Made by a program: the position numbers and the translations under genes
Notes under the pieces: generated by a model
The model's database searches: none
Told to the model about the DNA's origin: nothing
Seen by the model: only the letters and a program-made list of their open reading frames with translations
In this document: positions 1-10,052 of the stretch, in pieces
Layout of the letters: each line of letters begins with the position of its first letter
Numbering within the stretch: the first letter of the stretch is position 1
DNA from: Candidatus Latescibacterota bacterium
GTDB lineage: Bacteria > Latescibacterota > UBA2968 > UBA8231
DNA length: 64,000 bases
Direction: 5' to 3'
Assembly: GCA_963422735.1 (NCBI GenBank)
Contig: OY730476.1
Span: 4,832,001 to 4,896,000, forward strand

Positions 1-1209
1 TCAGAAGCTGTGCGGTACGCCAAGCCGAAGAGGAGGATAATGGCGAGCGTGAAGGCGATTAGTTGCTGGGGGGCCGTGCCGTAATCCGAACTCAAGCGCC
101 ACAGTTCGAGGCCCCAGCGCGCTGGCTCGTGCGGGGCGCGTGCGAGGCGCTGGTGGTCCATGCGTTCGGCGTGGCAAGCTGCGGCGTCGCCGTCCAGGCC
201 TTGGGCTAGGAATTGGTGGTACAGGGCAGCATAGGTTAGGTCGAGGGCGGCAGCGTGGGCTGAGTCGGCTGAGGCGAGATGGCCTGCTAGCTGGGCCCAG
301 CGCACTTGGATGCGGCCGAAGCGCGGCTGGTGCAAGTAGAGTCGGCTGCCAGTGGCGAAGGTCGAATCCGCCCCGGCCGGCCGCAGGTCGAGCAGGGCGA
401 AGGCGGCGCGGCTCAGGTTGAGGGAGCGGTTGAAAAAAGCACCGAGGCGGATGACACGACCCTCGCTCTCGCTGAAGTCGGCCTCTTGGCGGAAATACGC
501 CCCATCAAAGCGGGCCTTGCCAAAGATCGCACTGCGAAAGCGCGCCGCCTTCGCGAACGTGAAGTCGGCAAAGGACGCCTCGCCGCTAAAATGCGCTCGG
601 TCAAAGGCGGCCTCCCCGTCGGCGCGTCCGCTGTCAAAGGACACCTCCTCGGCAAAGCGCGCATCCCAAAACAGCGCTCGGTCGGCGAAGCGTACGCCGG
701 CGAAGGAGAGGGGCTGCGCCCAAGCGGTTTCCTTGAAGGAGGTGATTCCGGCGAATGCGGCGTCGGTGAAGGTGGCAGGCGCGGCAAAGGCGGCCTGCTC
801 GAAATAGGCGGCGTTGTCGAATTGGCTTTGTGCGAAATTGGCGCTATGGCCCGCAAAGCGTGCGCCGACGAAAGAGGCGACTCCGGCGAAGCGGCTTGCC
901 GCTAGGTCGGCATCGCCGAAGAAGTGGGTTTTTTGGAAGGTCGCGTGCTTGACCAGATGGCTGGCGCACAGGGAGAAGGCGGCGGTAAAACGCGCTTCGG
1001 CAAAGGAGAGGCCACCGGCGAAGTGGGTGCGTTCAAAGCGCACCGGGGCGAGGAACGCTACTTGGCTGAAGGATACCTCGTCGAGAAAGTACATCAATGG
1101 GGAGCAGGGGAAGGGTTTGGCCGGCGATAGTGGTATCGGCCGCGGGCGTCTGGGCGCACAAGGCGGTGCTCAAGAAGAGCAAGGCAGCAGATAAGAGTTT
1201 TGGTAGCAT
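1..1209 (-). CDS. Pentapeptide-repeat protein with signal peptide and C-terminal membrane segment; runs off the left edge; +1 frameshift near 1110
   Basis: Not in the ORF track. Manual translation: ATG 1209 gives MLPKLLSAALLFLSTALCAQ (signal peptide). A shifted frame from ~1100 reads continuous xxFxxAxF repeats (ANFAQSQFDNAAYFEQAAFAAPATFTDAAF) and ends SDYGTAPQQLIAFTLAIILLFGLAY with no stop before position 1. Confidence 0.7.
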
Positions 1210-1429
1210 ACGGGCTGTTGAGTTTCAAAAGCGCAGCGTGGCAACGGCTGATAAGCGTCCTCTATGATTCGGTAGCCACCGCCGCTATCTATAACGAAGA
1301 AGTAGATTTACGCGACGCTGTGCAGGCGTTTAATGAACTCTCGCAGGAGGAGCGGGAACAGGTGGCTTTGAGCGAGGCCGACTACAAGAAGCTCGCACGC
1401 GGTGCCCGGGCGACAATTCGCAACGACGT

Positions 1430-2779
1430 GAGCAACTGGCCCGATTCAAACGCGCTCGGCTGATGGAGCTGTACATGGAGCGCGAGGTCGTTGCTAAAAT
1501 TGAGATCACCTCTGAGGAAATAGAGCGTCACTACCGAGAGAGCGGCCGGCACCGCGCCCTGCGCTTGGGCGGCATCATGGTCGAGCGCTTGGAGGAAGCA
1601 CGTGCGATCACCGACCAACTCGCCGCCGGGGCCGATTTTCACGCGCTGGCCAGCATACACTCGGTCCACTCGGAGACCGCCGCGCGGGGCGGCGACACCG
1701 GCATATACCTGACGCGCGACCAGATGTCGGCGGAGACGGTCGAGCAGGTGCTCAATCTGGCGATAGGGGACATTTCCGCTTCGGTGCGCGAAGTCTTCGG
1801 CCACGGGGATTTTTACGTGATCTACAAAGTCCTCGACGAGATTCCAGCGCCGCTGAGCGCGTCGGAGCGGATCATCGTCGAGGAGTTGACAATACAAAAG
1901 CGCCAAGAGCGATTGCAGGCACTCAGGGATTCGCTCGTGAAAGCGTACGCACCTGTGCCGCGCCCGGCTGCGATCCAACGGCTCGTCGAGAGTGGGGTCA
2001 TGGCAGATCAAGCCGAAGTTCTCTGCGCGTATCAGGGCGGGGATCTCACCGTAAGCGATTTCTTGGCAGCGTACGAGCGTCTCGCCGGCAGGAGCTTACA
2101 GGCGGCCGATAGTGCTCATGTGGCCGCGTTTTTGCACCGCCGGGTGCTGCCCGACCTGTTCGTGAGCGCCGAGATCGAGGCGGCTGGTCTAGCAGAGGAT
2201 GAGCGTTTCAAAGAGGCTGTGGCGTTTAAGAGCGAGGAGTTGATGCTCAGCGCATTGCGCCGGCGGGAGGTTGACCAGTACGCGAGTGTAACCGAAGAAG
2301 AAGTACACGGCTTCTACGACGCGCATCCCGAAAAATTCGCTCGGCCGGAGAACGCGACCATCGTCGAGATTTTGGTGGCGTCGGACTCGCTGGCTCAGCG
2401 CTTGGGGGATGAGCTGCGCGCGGGGGGCGATGCCGCAGAGCTAGCCAAGCGCCATACCCGGCGCGAGGGCAGCTTGCACCACGATGGCCAGATGCAGCTC
2501 AATGTCTATGTACAAGGGCTATTTCCCGTGTTGTCTGCTGCCGTGCAGGATGTCGCTGTCGGCGAGGTGGGTGGGCCGTTGAAGACCGAGCGGGGCTATT
2601 CGGTTTTCAAGGTGCTGGAGCGCACGCGCGAGCAGATCCCGTACAACGCCGAATCCTAGCGCCGTGCCCGGGCCTACGTGCGGATTGACAAGTCGAAAAG
2701 GGATTACGTGCGGTTCGTGCGCAATTTGTGGAATAAGTACCCGGTGAAAATCATCGAGGGTAGTTTGGAAAAGCTCTGA
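1430..2779 (+). pseudogene. PpiC/rotamase-type peptidyl-prolyl isomerase (SurA/PrsA-like), 5'-truncated, with premature TAG at 2657
   Basis: ORF 1463..2659 has two rotamase-like domains (GADFHALASIHS...GGDTG; VGGPLKTERGYSVFKV). The frame is open upstream (EQLARFKRARL) with no signal peptide. After the TAG it continues RRARAYVRIDK...EGSLEKL to TGA 2779, which matches the C-terminal pattern of the paralog at 13188. Confidence 0.7.
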
Positions 2780-2866
2780 GAATTGTCGGTTGGATCGTGC
2801 GTCCACCTGAGCAGCCCGGATATCAATTATATCCTGTTTAATCGCTTTCTTCTAAGCGCATCTCGC

Positions 2867-3685
2867 CTAGCCGCTCGACGCCGGTGCCATGCGCTGCCAC
2901 TCCATCCACTCCGTAAGCCCGCGCTGGGTTGCGTCGAAGCGGGAGCGCACCTTTGGTGGAAACACGTAGTGATTTATGTTGCCTTGATTGCCCGCCAGCA
3001 GTTCCCGCATCGCCGGGTTGTAGGTGGCGTCAATATAATTAAAATAGAGGTTCGTGCGACGGCGGGATGATTTCTTGGGTGCGCCGGTGTGAAGCAGTGT
3101 CTCCGATAACATGATCATGTCCCCCGCCTTGCCGGTGACCTGCACGGCCCCGGGCAAGGCGCGGCCCCGGTACTCGGCCATGGGCAGGTCAATTTCCGAC
3201 TTGTGCGCCCCGGGCACCACCGTTAGACAGCCGTCTTCCTCATCATTGTCCGTCAGAAAGTACACACAATTCAACATGCGCGTGCGGATCTGCCCTCTGC
3301 GCACGGTATAGTCATCCGGGTTTAACCCCCGGTGCCACCCACCCCAAGGCGTGCCCTCCGTCTTCTCGATGGCCCAGGTATTGACGAGTTGGGGATGCTG
3401 CATCCAGCGCCGCAGGCGCTCCACCACCGGCGGTAAGCTGATGACCTCGTCGAACGCTTCCGTCCACAGCGGCAGGCCGTTGATCCGCCGCTGGCCTTCG
3501 GTGATCTGGACCGTCGTCTGCCCACGAACCCCCTTGTGCAGCCAAGGGTCGTCGTACCGGCGTGCGAAAAGTCGTTCAAGCTCTTCGAGGAAGCGCCGGC
3601 AGCACTCGGCGCCAAAGACGTTCCGCAGCATGAGAAAGCCCTGTGCGTCGAACTGGAAATCCTCCGCCAGTGCGAGTTCGTCCAT
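2867..3685 (-). CDS. Phytanoyl-CoA dioxygenase (PhyH) family Fe(II)/2OG oxygenase
   Basis: FQFDAQGFLMLRNV, WH, DGCLTVVPGAHK, GKAGDMIMLSETLLH, RR motifs; GGAGG RBS. Confidence 0.85.
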   Translation of the reverse strand: MDELALAEDFQFDAQGFLMLRNVFGAECCRRFLEELERLFARRYDDPWLHKGVRGQTTVQITEGQRRINGLPLWTEAFDEVISLPPVVERLRRWMQHPQLVNTWAIEKTEGTPWGGWHRGLNPDDYTVRRGQIRTRMLNCVYFLTDNDEEDGCLTVVPGAHKSEIDLPMAEYRGRALPGAVQVTGKAGDMIMLSETLLHTGAPKKSSRRRTNLYFNYIDATYNPAMRELLAGNQGNINHYVFPPKVRSRFDATQRGLTEWMEWQRMAPASSG

Positions 3686-3705
3686 AATTATTCCTCCCCA
3701 GACTG

Positions 3706-3755
3706 TGGTTAGGGGTTAGTGGTCAGTGGTTAGTGGTCAGTGGTCAGTGGTTAGT
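3706..3755. repeat. Heptamer tandem array (GTGGTTA/GTGGTCA)
   Basis: Directly visible: gtggttag gggttagt ggtcagt ggttagt ggtcagt ggtcagt ggttagt. Confidence 0.85.
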
Positions 3756-3756
3756 C

Positions 3757-3896
3757 CCATCTGCCCCCTTGGCGACGGGCCCCCGGAACATTGACGCGGG
3801 GTACCGCGCTGGCCCGGACGAGTCTACGGGCAGGCCGAGTGAAACCGCCTACATGAGACCTGGATTCCCAACCGTACACTAGGAAATTCCGTCAAT
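3757..3896 (-). repeat. Dispersed ~140-bp intergenic element, copy 1 (MITE-like or structured RNA)
   Basis: Its reverse complement aligns with 40989..41107 (ATTGACGGAATTTCCTAGTGTACGGTTGGG...CCCGTCGCCAAGGGGGC.GATGG). Confidence 0.85.
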
Positions 3897-3990
3897 AAAT
3901 GAGCACTATTCACTAAGCTAATTCCGGGACGCGACATATAGCTCGCCATTCAAATGTAGATTTCAAGGTTGTCTTGCGTAAAAGAGAACT

Positions 3991-5010
3991 TTATTCCTCT
4001 TTTCCGAAAACGTCGTCGATGGCCCTTGCAATCGGCCACGCGCCTTCGGAAGTGTTCGAAAAAACCGCGTAGTCCAACTGCCGCTGACAGTCGATGGCAG
4101 ACTTGAAGGAGATACCGGTATCCGCTCCCATGATATAGTGCTGGAGAGTTCCGTCTGCGCGTCTGCGAATCCACATTCCATGTCCGTAGTGGAGACAGGA
4201 ATCGCCGCTGACACCGGAGAAAGGCGCACTGAAGGTTCGCACCAATTCCTCGGAGACGATCTCGCCGTTCCAAAACCCGTCCCAGAGAGCCGTGATGTCT
4301 GCCAGCGTCGAGAACAAACCGCCGTCCGAGGCACCGACGATGGGCAGGTTGTAGATGTTCGTCCGCCAGCTCTTTCCGTCTTCGATGTAGCCAAGGGCCG
4401 TGCATTCCGGTAGTTGGTTCATGGCAAAAAATCCAGAGCGATCCATTCTTGCTGGCCTGAGGATCTCCTCGGCGACGACGTCCTGAAAGTGCTCCCCTGT
4501 TACCTCTTCCACCACTACACCTAGCAGGATGTAACCGCTGTTGCAGTACGAGAAGCCTTCCCCTGGTGCAAACTTCATCTCCCGTTGTGGGAACACCGAC
4601 AGATAGTCTTTCGGACCTCTTAGCTCGTACCAAGGGATGTCGACGGTAAAATTGTCGAAGTCCTCGATGAGCTCTTCGTCGTAATAGTCGGGAATCCCAG
4701 AGGTGTGGGTAAGCAGATGCTGGACGGTGATTGCCTCTGAGTAATCCGGCAGCTCCACTGAGATACAGTCGCGCACTTGAGTAGTCAATGCCAGCCGACC
4801 CGCGTCGATGAGACGACCCACGGTCAATGCCGTCAGCAGCTTCGTTCCAGAAGCGATTCCAAAGCGCGTCTCTGCGGTGTTAGCGATGGAGTTGGCGCGA
4901 TCGGCAAACCCGGCAGATCTCTCGTACATCGGCTGGCCATGTCGCCGGACACTGACGACGCCGGAGAAAGCGCACTCCTCGACGAGCTCGTCTAGGGGAT
5001 CCCAGTGCAT
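3991..5010 (-). CDS. Serine hydrolase, beta-lactamase/AmpC-like family
   Basis: SGTK (SxxK), LLTHTSGI, YCN (YxN) motifs. Confidence 0.9.
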   Translation of the reverse strand: MHWDPLDELVEECAFSGVVSVRRHGQPMYERSAGFADRANSIANTAETRFGIASGTKLLTALTVGRLIDAGRLALTTQVRDCISVELPDYSEAITVQHLLTHTSGIPDYYDEELIEDFDNFTVDIPWYELRGPKDYLSVFPQREMKFAPGEGFSYCNSGYILLGVVVEEVTGEHFQDVVAEEILRPARMDRSGFFAMNQLPECTALGYIEDGKSWRTNIYNLPIVGASDGGLFSTLADITALWDGFWNGEIVSEELVRTFSAPFSGVSGDSCLHYGHGMWIRRRADGTLQHYIMGADTGISFKSAIDCQRQLDYAVFSNTSEGAWPIARAIDDVFGKEE

Positions 5011-5064
5011 AGGCTTACAAGATTGGCCGCCAAGCTCACGGCTCTGCTCCCGGGCCGGACAGAG

Positions 5065-5949
5065 CTACTCCGGCTCCTCGCCAATACTCGCCAGCCGAGC
5101 CTTTGCCTCCGCATAGAGATTCGCGGGCAATGGACCCGCTAGGGCCGCAGCGACATTGGACTGCATGTGTTCGAGGTTAGTCGTGCCGACAATCGTCGTG
5201 TGACACGCTGGATGCGCGAGAGTGAAGCGCAGGACAAACTCATGGCGACTCATCCCGCCGATGAGTTCGTCGAGGCCGGACCGCTCCCACTTCGACTGGC
5301 ACTCCTCATTGGCTCGGTGTCCGAGGCTAATGCCACCGCGAATGAGAATGCCAGCTCCGGCGTCGGCTGCTTGCTGAATCATCCTTTCGTGCTGGCGCTC
5401 AAGGGCAGAGTAGGGAATCTGGAAAGCGTCAAACGCACCCGACGCTACAAACGCAGCCAAGTGCGGCATTGTGGAAGACACGCCGATAAAACGAGTCTTT
5501 CCCGCTTGGCGGATATCCTCGAGAACATCGATCAGCCCTCCCAACTCGACCTCTTTCACGGTGGGATTGTGCATTTGTAGCAGATCTACGCAGTCGGTCT
5601 TCAGGCGGCGCAAGCTCTGATCGATATTGGTGTGCAGGCGCTCGGCCGTCCACAGGTGGCCCGGCTCCAGTCTATTGCCCTCCTCGTCGATGTTGCAGCC
5701 ACACTTGGTAGCTAGGAAAAACTCGTCGCGGCGATGGCTGAGGTATTGGCCGACCCGCGCCTCGCTCGCGCCGTAATCTGGGGCCGTGTCAACGAGGTTG
5801 ATCCCCGCATCGAGGGCCGCATTCAATACGCTACCGGCCTGATCGTCGTACTCCGCTTCATCTGGCAGGCCGCGCTCGGCCGCTCCGAAGCCGAGTTGTG
5901 TGACCTCGAGCCCCGTGCGACCGAGGGTGCGCTTAGTCAAATTTTCCAT
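5065..5949 (-). CDS. Aldo/keto reductase
   Basis: RTLGRTGLEVTQLGFG, DTAPDYG, TKCG, SLRRLKTDCVDLLQMH. Confidence 0.92.
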   Translation of the reverse strand: MENLTKRTLGRTGLEVTQLGFGAAERGLPDEAEYDDQAGSVLNAALDAGINLVDTAPDYGASEARVGQYLSHRRDEFFLATKCGCNIDEEGNRLEPGHLWTAERLHTNIDQSLRRLKTDCVDLLQMHNPTVKEVELGGLIDVLEDIRQAGKTRFIGVSSTMPHLAAFVASGAFDAFQIPYSALERQHERMIQQAADAGAGILIRGGISLGHRANEECQSKWERSGLDELIGGMSRHEFVLRFTLAHPACHTTIVGTTNLEHMQSNVAAALAGPLPANLYAEAKARLASIGEEPE

Positions 5950-6710
5950 TGTTCCTCTTCAAGTTGTGTTACTGTATCGTTCGATGAATTGAAGCGAATG
6001 ATCTTCTCCCACAAAATCTGTCCTTCCGAATCACAAAAATCTTGCATGAATTCCATCGTAAATTTGTTGACGGTCTTACTGTACTCTTGCAAAAACTGTT
6101 CATTTCTTTCTTTTGCTTTATGGCCAAGGGGACCAACAATTTTAGTATATAAAGACTCACTCCCCGAAATAAATGACCAAAACCCCTGTCCGCACAATTT
6201 GAGGTAATCCCCTTTGTCTGGCCGATTATTTTTACCATAGCAACATCCATTGACGGCGACTACCTTTACTGTAGAAGATACATTACTTCCCAGAATCCTT
6301 TTGGCCTTCCTAAAATTATCCTGCATCTTTTTAATTTGGCTGCTATTTCCCCAGTTTGGGCCAGATTTGATAGAGACGATATATTTTGTTTGATCTCTTT
6401 CAAACTCCAGATCAATCCCTTCTGCTGATGACTTTATTCCACCAAACACTTGAGCACATACGAAAACAGCCAGTTCTTCTAGGAATCCCCCAAACAATCC
6501 TTCTTCTGAAGAAGACAAAAATGCGTCTAGGATACTTTTGACGAGATCACCTGCGGTAGTGATGTTTTTGGCCTTGAATAGATAGGGATTCTTTCGCTTG
6601 AGAACATTTTCCAATTTTAGTGTCTCGAGTTTTTCCAAACGGCTTTGATGAAAATGATGGATATTTGCTTCAACGTACTCGGTGATTTCATGCTGTGTAA
6701 TGGGTTTCAT
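5937..6710 (-). CDS. Type II restriction endonuclease, EcoO109I/PmeII-like family
   Basis: KRKNPYLF, GIDLEF...IVSIKSGPNWGNSSQ (PD-(D/E)xK-like), CGQ.FW; adjacent to a methyltransferase; low GC. Confidence 0.8.
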   Translation of the reverse strand: MKPITQHEITEYVEANIHHFHQSRLEKLETLKLENVLKRKNPYLFKAKNITTAGDLVKSILDAFLSSSEEGLFGGFLEELAVFVCAQVFGGIKSSAEGIDLEFERDQTKYIVSIKSGPNWGNSSQIKKMQDNFRKAKRILGSNVSSTVKVVAVNGCCYGKNNRPDKGDYLKLCGQGFWSFISGSESLYTKIVGPLGHKAKERNEQFLQEYSKTVNKFTMEFMQDFCDSEGQILWEKIIRFNSSNDTVTQLEEEQWKI

Positions 6711-6739
6711 AGGGCACTTTTTTTTTCAAAAAGAGTGTG

Positions 6740-7588
6740 TTAGGCAGGATTGACATTTTCTAAAGCCAATTTATAGTTTTCCTCTAATACTTCAATTCCT
6801 ACCGAGTTTCTACCCATTTCACGAGCCACCTGACACGTAGTGCCTGAACCAACAAAAGGGTCGAGTACCCAGTCGTGTTCTTTTGTAAAGAGTTTAATAA
6901 ACCATTCGGGCAAAGTTTTGGGGAAAGCCGCACTGTGATTCTTATTTCCGCATTCTGTGGCTAAGTGGAGCACATTGGTTGGGTAAACCTTATCGCGGCT
7001 AACCCAGTTGGATACGTTTTTTCCAAAACCACTTTGGGCTTTGGATTCATCTCGGGTTTTATCAGTCTCACTTAATTTTCTCAAGCGCGATTCTGCCCAA
7101 TCGCCCATGGGCAACATGACCGCTTCTTGATACATGTTAAATTTCTTGTTTTTATTAAATTGTAAGCAGCGTTCCCAAGCATCGCGAAATCTATTAGGCC
7201 ATTTCCCGGGATAACAATTTTTTTTATGCCATATAAATTCTTCTGTCCAAAACCAGCCTTGTTTTCTCATGGCCAGAATCAACTCTAAGACATAAGTATG
7301 CCGCTCGCCGTTAACCGCTTTCTCTTTAATGTTTAAAATAAAAGTCCCGGTAGGCTTGAGAACTCTGAGCATCTCTTGCGTCATGGGCAAAAACCACTCG
7401 ACGTACTTATCCGGCTTAATTCCACCATAGGTCTTTGCTCGACTATCGGCATAAGGAGGAGAGGTAACAATCAAATCAAAGTGATCGTCTGGCATTTCTG
7501 AAAGCACATCTAGACAGTCTCCCAAACGAATATTTGCCTCAACTTTTTTCATAGCACCCTTGCTGAATTGCGCTTCTTCCCGGTTCAC
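6740..7588 (-). CDS. Site-specific DNA methyltransferase (N4/N6, beta class; SPPY suggests m4C)
   Basis: TSPPY near the N-terminus, HSAAFP, VLDPFVGSGTT near the C-terminus. Confidence 0.92.
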   Translation of the reverse strand: MNREEAQFSKGAMKKVEANIRLGDCLDVLSEMPDDHFDLIVTSPPYADSRAKTYGGIKPDKYVEWFLPMTQEMLRVLKPTGTFILNIKEKAVNGERHTYVLELILAMRKQGWFWTEEFIWHKKNCYPGKWPNRFRDAWERCLQFNKNKKFNMYQEAVMLPMGDWAESRLRKLSETDKTRDESKAQSGFGKNVSNWVSRDKVYPTNVLHLATECGNKNHSAAFPKTLPEWFIKLFTKEHDWVLDPFVGSGTTCQVAREMGRNSVGIEVLEENYKLALENVNPA

Positions 7589-7665
7589 TTAGAAACGATA
7601 GGAGTACATAGTATTAGGTAATTGGACTCGGAACAGCAAAAACGCTCCGCCCGAACTTTTGGGCA

Positions 7666-9624
7666 TCAGGTCCGGCTAGCCGCCCGATCCCGGACCATCT
7701 CGTGCCCTTCAAACAGATCCCGCGCCACCGTCCCCTGCGCTTGGCGCGGCGGCGCGGCCCCCAGTATCTGGCAGAAGGTGGGCACTACATCGGCGGCGTG
7801 GATGTACCCCAGTCTGTCCACCGGCCGCTCGTAGCCCCGCTTTACGCCTGGCCCGGCCAACAACCACGAGCCAAAGCTGGACGAGGTCTGGCTCTGAGTC
7901 GGCAGAAAACCTCCGTGGTGTGCCCCGAACACATTGGGCGCTCCAACACAGCCTCCGCCGGCAATGCCGCGCCACTGCCCGTAGTACCCGCTCACGTACC
8001 CGTGGTCCCAGGCAAAGACCACATCGCCGCACTGGTCTCCCCATTGGCCGAGGATGTACGCGTCTCGCCGCGGCAGAGCCACGGCCACTGGATTGCGCCC
8101 CACCTCCCGATCGACCCACGTGCGCAAGGCTAGCAGCAACTCGGCCTCAATGCGGTCGAATTTCGGCCCCGGATCAGCGTTGATGAAAATGTCGAACCCT
8201 TTGTCGTCCTTGAGATAGGCCCGGGTGCGCTCCCAGTCGATATCTTCCTCGCGCACTTGGTCGCGTATCAGTGCCTCTTCTCCCCCCTTGAGTGCTAGAA
8301 AGCCCTGATCGTGCAAAAACTGCCGGATATTGGCCACCCGCACATCGGGCGAGCACCCGTGGTCGGACACCACGCCCACGTACGTATGCTCATCTGCGTC
8401 TTCCCACAGCCGCCCCAAAATGCGGTCTCCCACCTGATAGGCGCGCCGAAAGTAGTCCAAGTACTGTTCAGCGCGCTCGGCTGCATACCCCGGGCACACC
8501 GGATCCACATCCCCGAGGTGGATGTGGTTGAGATAGTCGTACAAGTGCCAGTGGCAAATAAAAAAGGAACAGCCCCGCTCGCGCAGCATGTAGCGAGCGA
8601 CCTCGGCAAACCACATCCCCTGGTACTCGCATTCTTCCAAGGCCGTGTCAAAATCGGCCATCCCTGCGGTATAGGGCAACATGGAGGCGTGTTCCTGATA
8701 TGGGCCGAAGCGCTCCACCAACTTCCCGGCCAATTCGTCGGGCAGGGTGAAGCCATCGGTATAGGTCACCTGAGTGCGGTAGAGCTTGAGCCGGCTGCCA
8801 TCCGCTGCCAGTTCCATTAGCTTGAAGCGCACCGACGCCGGGCGTCTGTTCCCGTCGATGGCAAAGTTCTCCACCGCCCACTCGCTCCATTGGCCCACCC
8901 CAGCAACGGCCACGCAACGGGCTCCGTCCCGGTCTCGGCACACCAGCACTCGGTCGTACCCCCTCCCCGAACTGTCCACCGCCAGCAGGTGGAACGCGGT
9001 GACATCCCCACCCAACCGAGCTACCACCTCAATGCGGCTCTCCAGGGGCAGGGCATGACTTTCGGGTAGGTTCCGCCACCCCTGCGCCGACTTTAGCGGC
9101 GGGATTGGCTCGACGCTGCGCTGCGCCTGCCGCACGGCCGTGCCATCGTGGTCCATCTCGATGGCCTCCTCTAGCGCGGCATCCGTGGTATAGGCTTGGC
9201 AGGTGGCCACTTCAAAATCCGTGCTGCGGTGTCCGGGGTGGCCAAAACCATCGACCACAAAACCCGTCTCCACCCCGGAAGGATGAGCGGCCGGATAGTG
9301 GACGGCCACGCTCTGCATGCCCGCCCGCTCCAAGGCGTTCCAGATGCGCTCGGCATTGTTGGCCCGCCCGTCGAAACTGTCAATCCGCTGGCCCGGCGAG
9401 ACTTCCACCCGCCAGCGCGTCACCCCGTGCGTGCCCGTGTGCGCCCCGGTCGAAAGGGTGGCCCAGTTGGTCGGGGTCCACACCGGGAAAGAGGGCAAGG
9501 TCTGATTGACCGTCCCCTCTCGCAGCAAGCGCTCGAAGTGGGGCAAGGCCCCTTCTGCGGCGAATCTCTTCATCATCGGGACGATAAAGCCGTCCATGCC
9601 AAAGGCGTAGATTTTGCGCTCCAT
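7666..9624 (-). CDS. Alkaline phosphatase superfamily / type I phosphodiesterase-nucleotide pyrophosphatase
   Basis: GMDG, PVWTPTNWATLSTG, SDHG, ADVVPT motifs; GAGGAG RBS. Confidence 0.85.
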   Translation of the reverse strand: MERKIYAFGMDGFIVPMMKRFAAEGALPHFERLLREGTVNQTLPSFPVWTPTNWATLSTGAHTGTHGVTRWRVEVSPGQRIDSFDGRANNAERIWNALERAGMQSVAVHYPAAHPSGVETGFVVDGFGHPGHRSTDFEVATCQAYTTDAALEEAIEMDHDGTAVRQAQRSVEPIPPLKSAQGWRNLPESHALPLESRIEVVARLGGDVTAFHLLAVDSSGRGYDRVLVCRDRDGARCVAVAGVGQWSEWAVENFAIDGNRRPASVRFKLMELAADGSRLKLYRTQVTYTDGFTLPDELAGKLVERFGPYQEHASMLPYTAGMADFDTALEECEYQGMWFAEVARYMLRERGCSFFICHWHLYDYLNHIHLGDVDPVCPGYAAERAEQYLDYFRRAYQVGDRILGRLWEDADEHTYVGVVSDHGCSPDVRVANIRQFLHDQGFLALKGGEEALIRDQVREEDIDWERTRAYLKDDKGFDIFINADPGPKFDRIEAELLLALRTWVDREVGRNPVAVALPRRDAYILGQWGDQCGDVVFAWDHGYVSGYYGQWRGIAGGGCVGAPNVFGAHHGGFLPTQSQTSSSFGSWLLAGPGVKRGYERPVDRLGYIHAADVVPTFCQILGAAPPRQAQGTVARDLFEGHEMVRDRAASRT

Positions 9625-9808
9625 AGCTCCTCATTATGGTCAGTGGGGAGTTCCCATCCGCGTAGGGCACTATTCGCTATTCACTCGCCCCTAAGCATAG
9701 TTAGCGGCTTTTTTCCGCAGCCAGCAACAAGATCGCCGCTACCCCTTGCAGCGGAGTCAACCATTTATTGACGGCTATCTGCGGATTTGGCTACGTTACG
9801 CTGCGTTT

Positions 9809-9962
9809 TGTGGTCAGTGGCCTGTGGTCAGTGGCCTGTGGTCAGTGGCCTGTGGTCAGTGGCCTGTGGTCAGTGGCCTGTGGTCAGTGGCCTGTGGTCA
9901 GTGGCCTGTGGTCAGTGGCCTGTGGTCAGTGGCCTGTGGCCTGTGGCCTGTGGTCAGTGGCC
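9809..9962. repeat. Tandem repeat of TGTGGTCAGTGGCC (9 perfect copies, 2 TGTGGCC heptamers, 1 further copy)
   Basis: Directly visible; no unique spacers. Confidence 0.95.
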
Positions 9963-9985
9963 AATGTCTAGGAATGAGGCGGAAA

Positions 9986-10042
9986 CTGATCACTAACCAC
10001 TGATCACTGATCACTGATCACTAACCACTAACCACTAACCAC
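9986..10042. repeat. Heptamer array CTGATCA/CTAACCA, inverted relative to 9809..9962
   Basis: ctgatca ctaacca ctgatca ctgatca ctgatca ctaacca ctaacca ctaacca. Confidence 0.9.
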
Positions 10043-10052
10043 TACCCCCTCC

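Noticed and set aside
140-1194. Plus-strand ORFs of 68-199 aa
   Set aside because: Antisense shadows of the minus-strand pentapeptide-repeat gene.
1200-1463. 87-aa ORF as an independent gene
   Set aside because: It overlaps the divergent gene start, has no RBS or recognisable family, and is probably a fragment at a deletion junction.
6740-7588. This methylase as the cause of the CC->CT signature
   Set aside because: It is an amino-methyltransferase (SPPY), not an m5C enzyme, and looks recently acquired.
9809-9962. Possible CRISPR array or repeat-protein ORFs (WSVACGQ...)
   Set aside because: Pure 14/7-bp tandem repeat with no unique spacers and no cas genes; the ORFs are by-products of the repeat.
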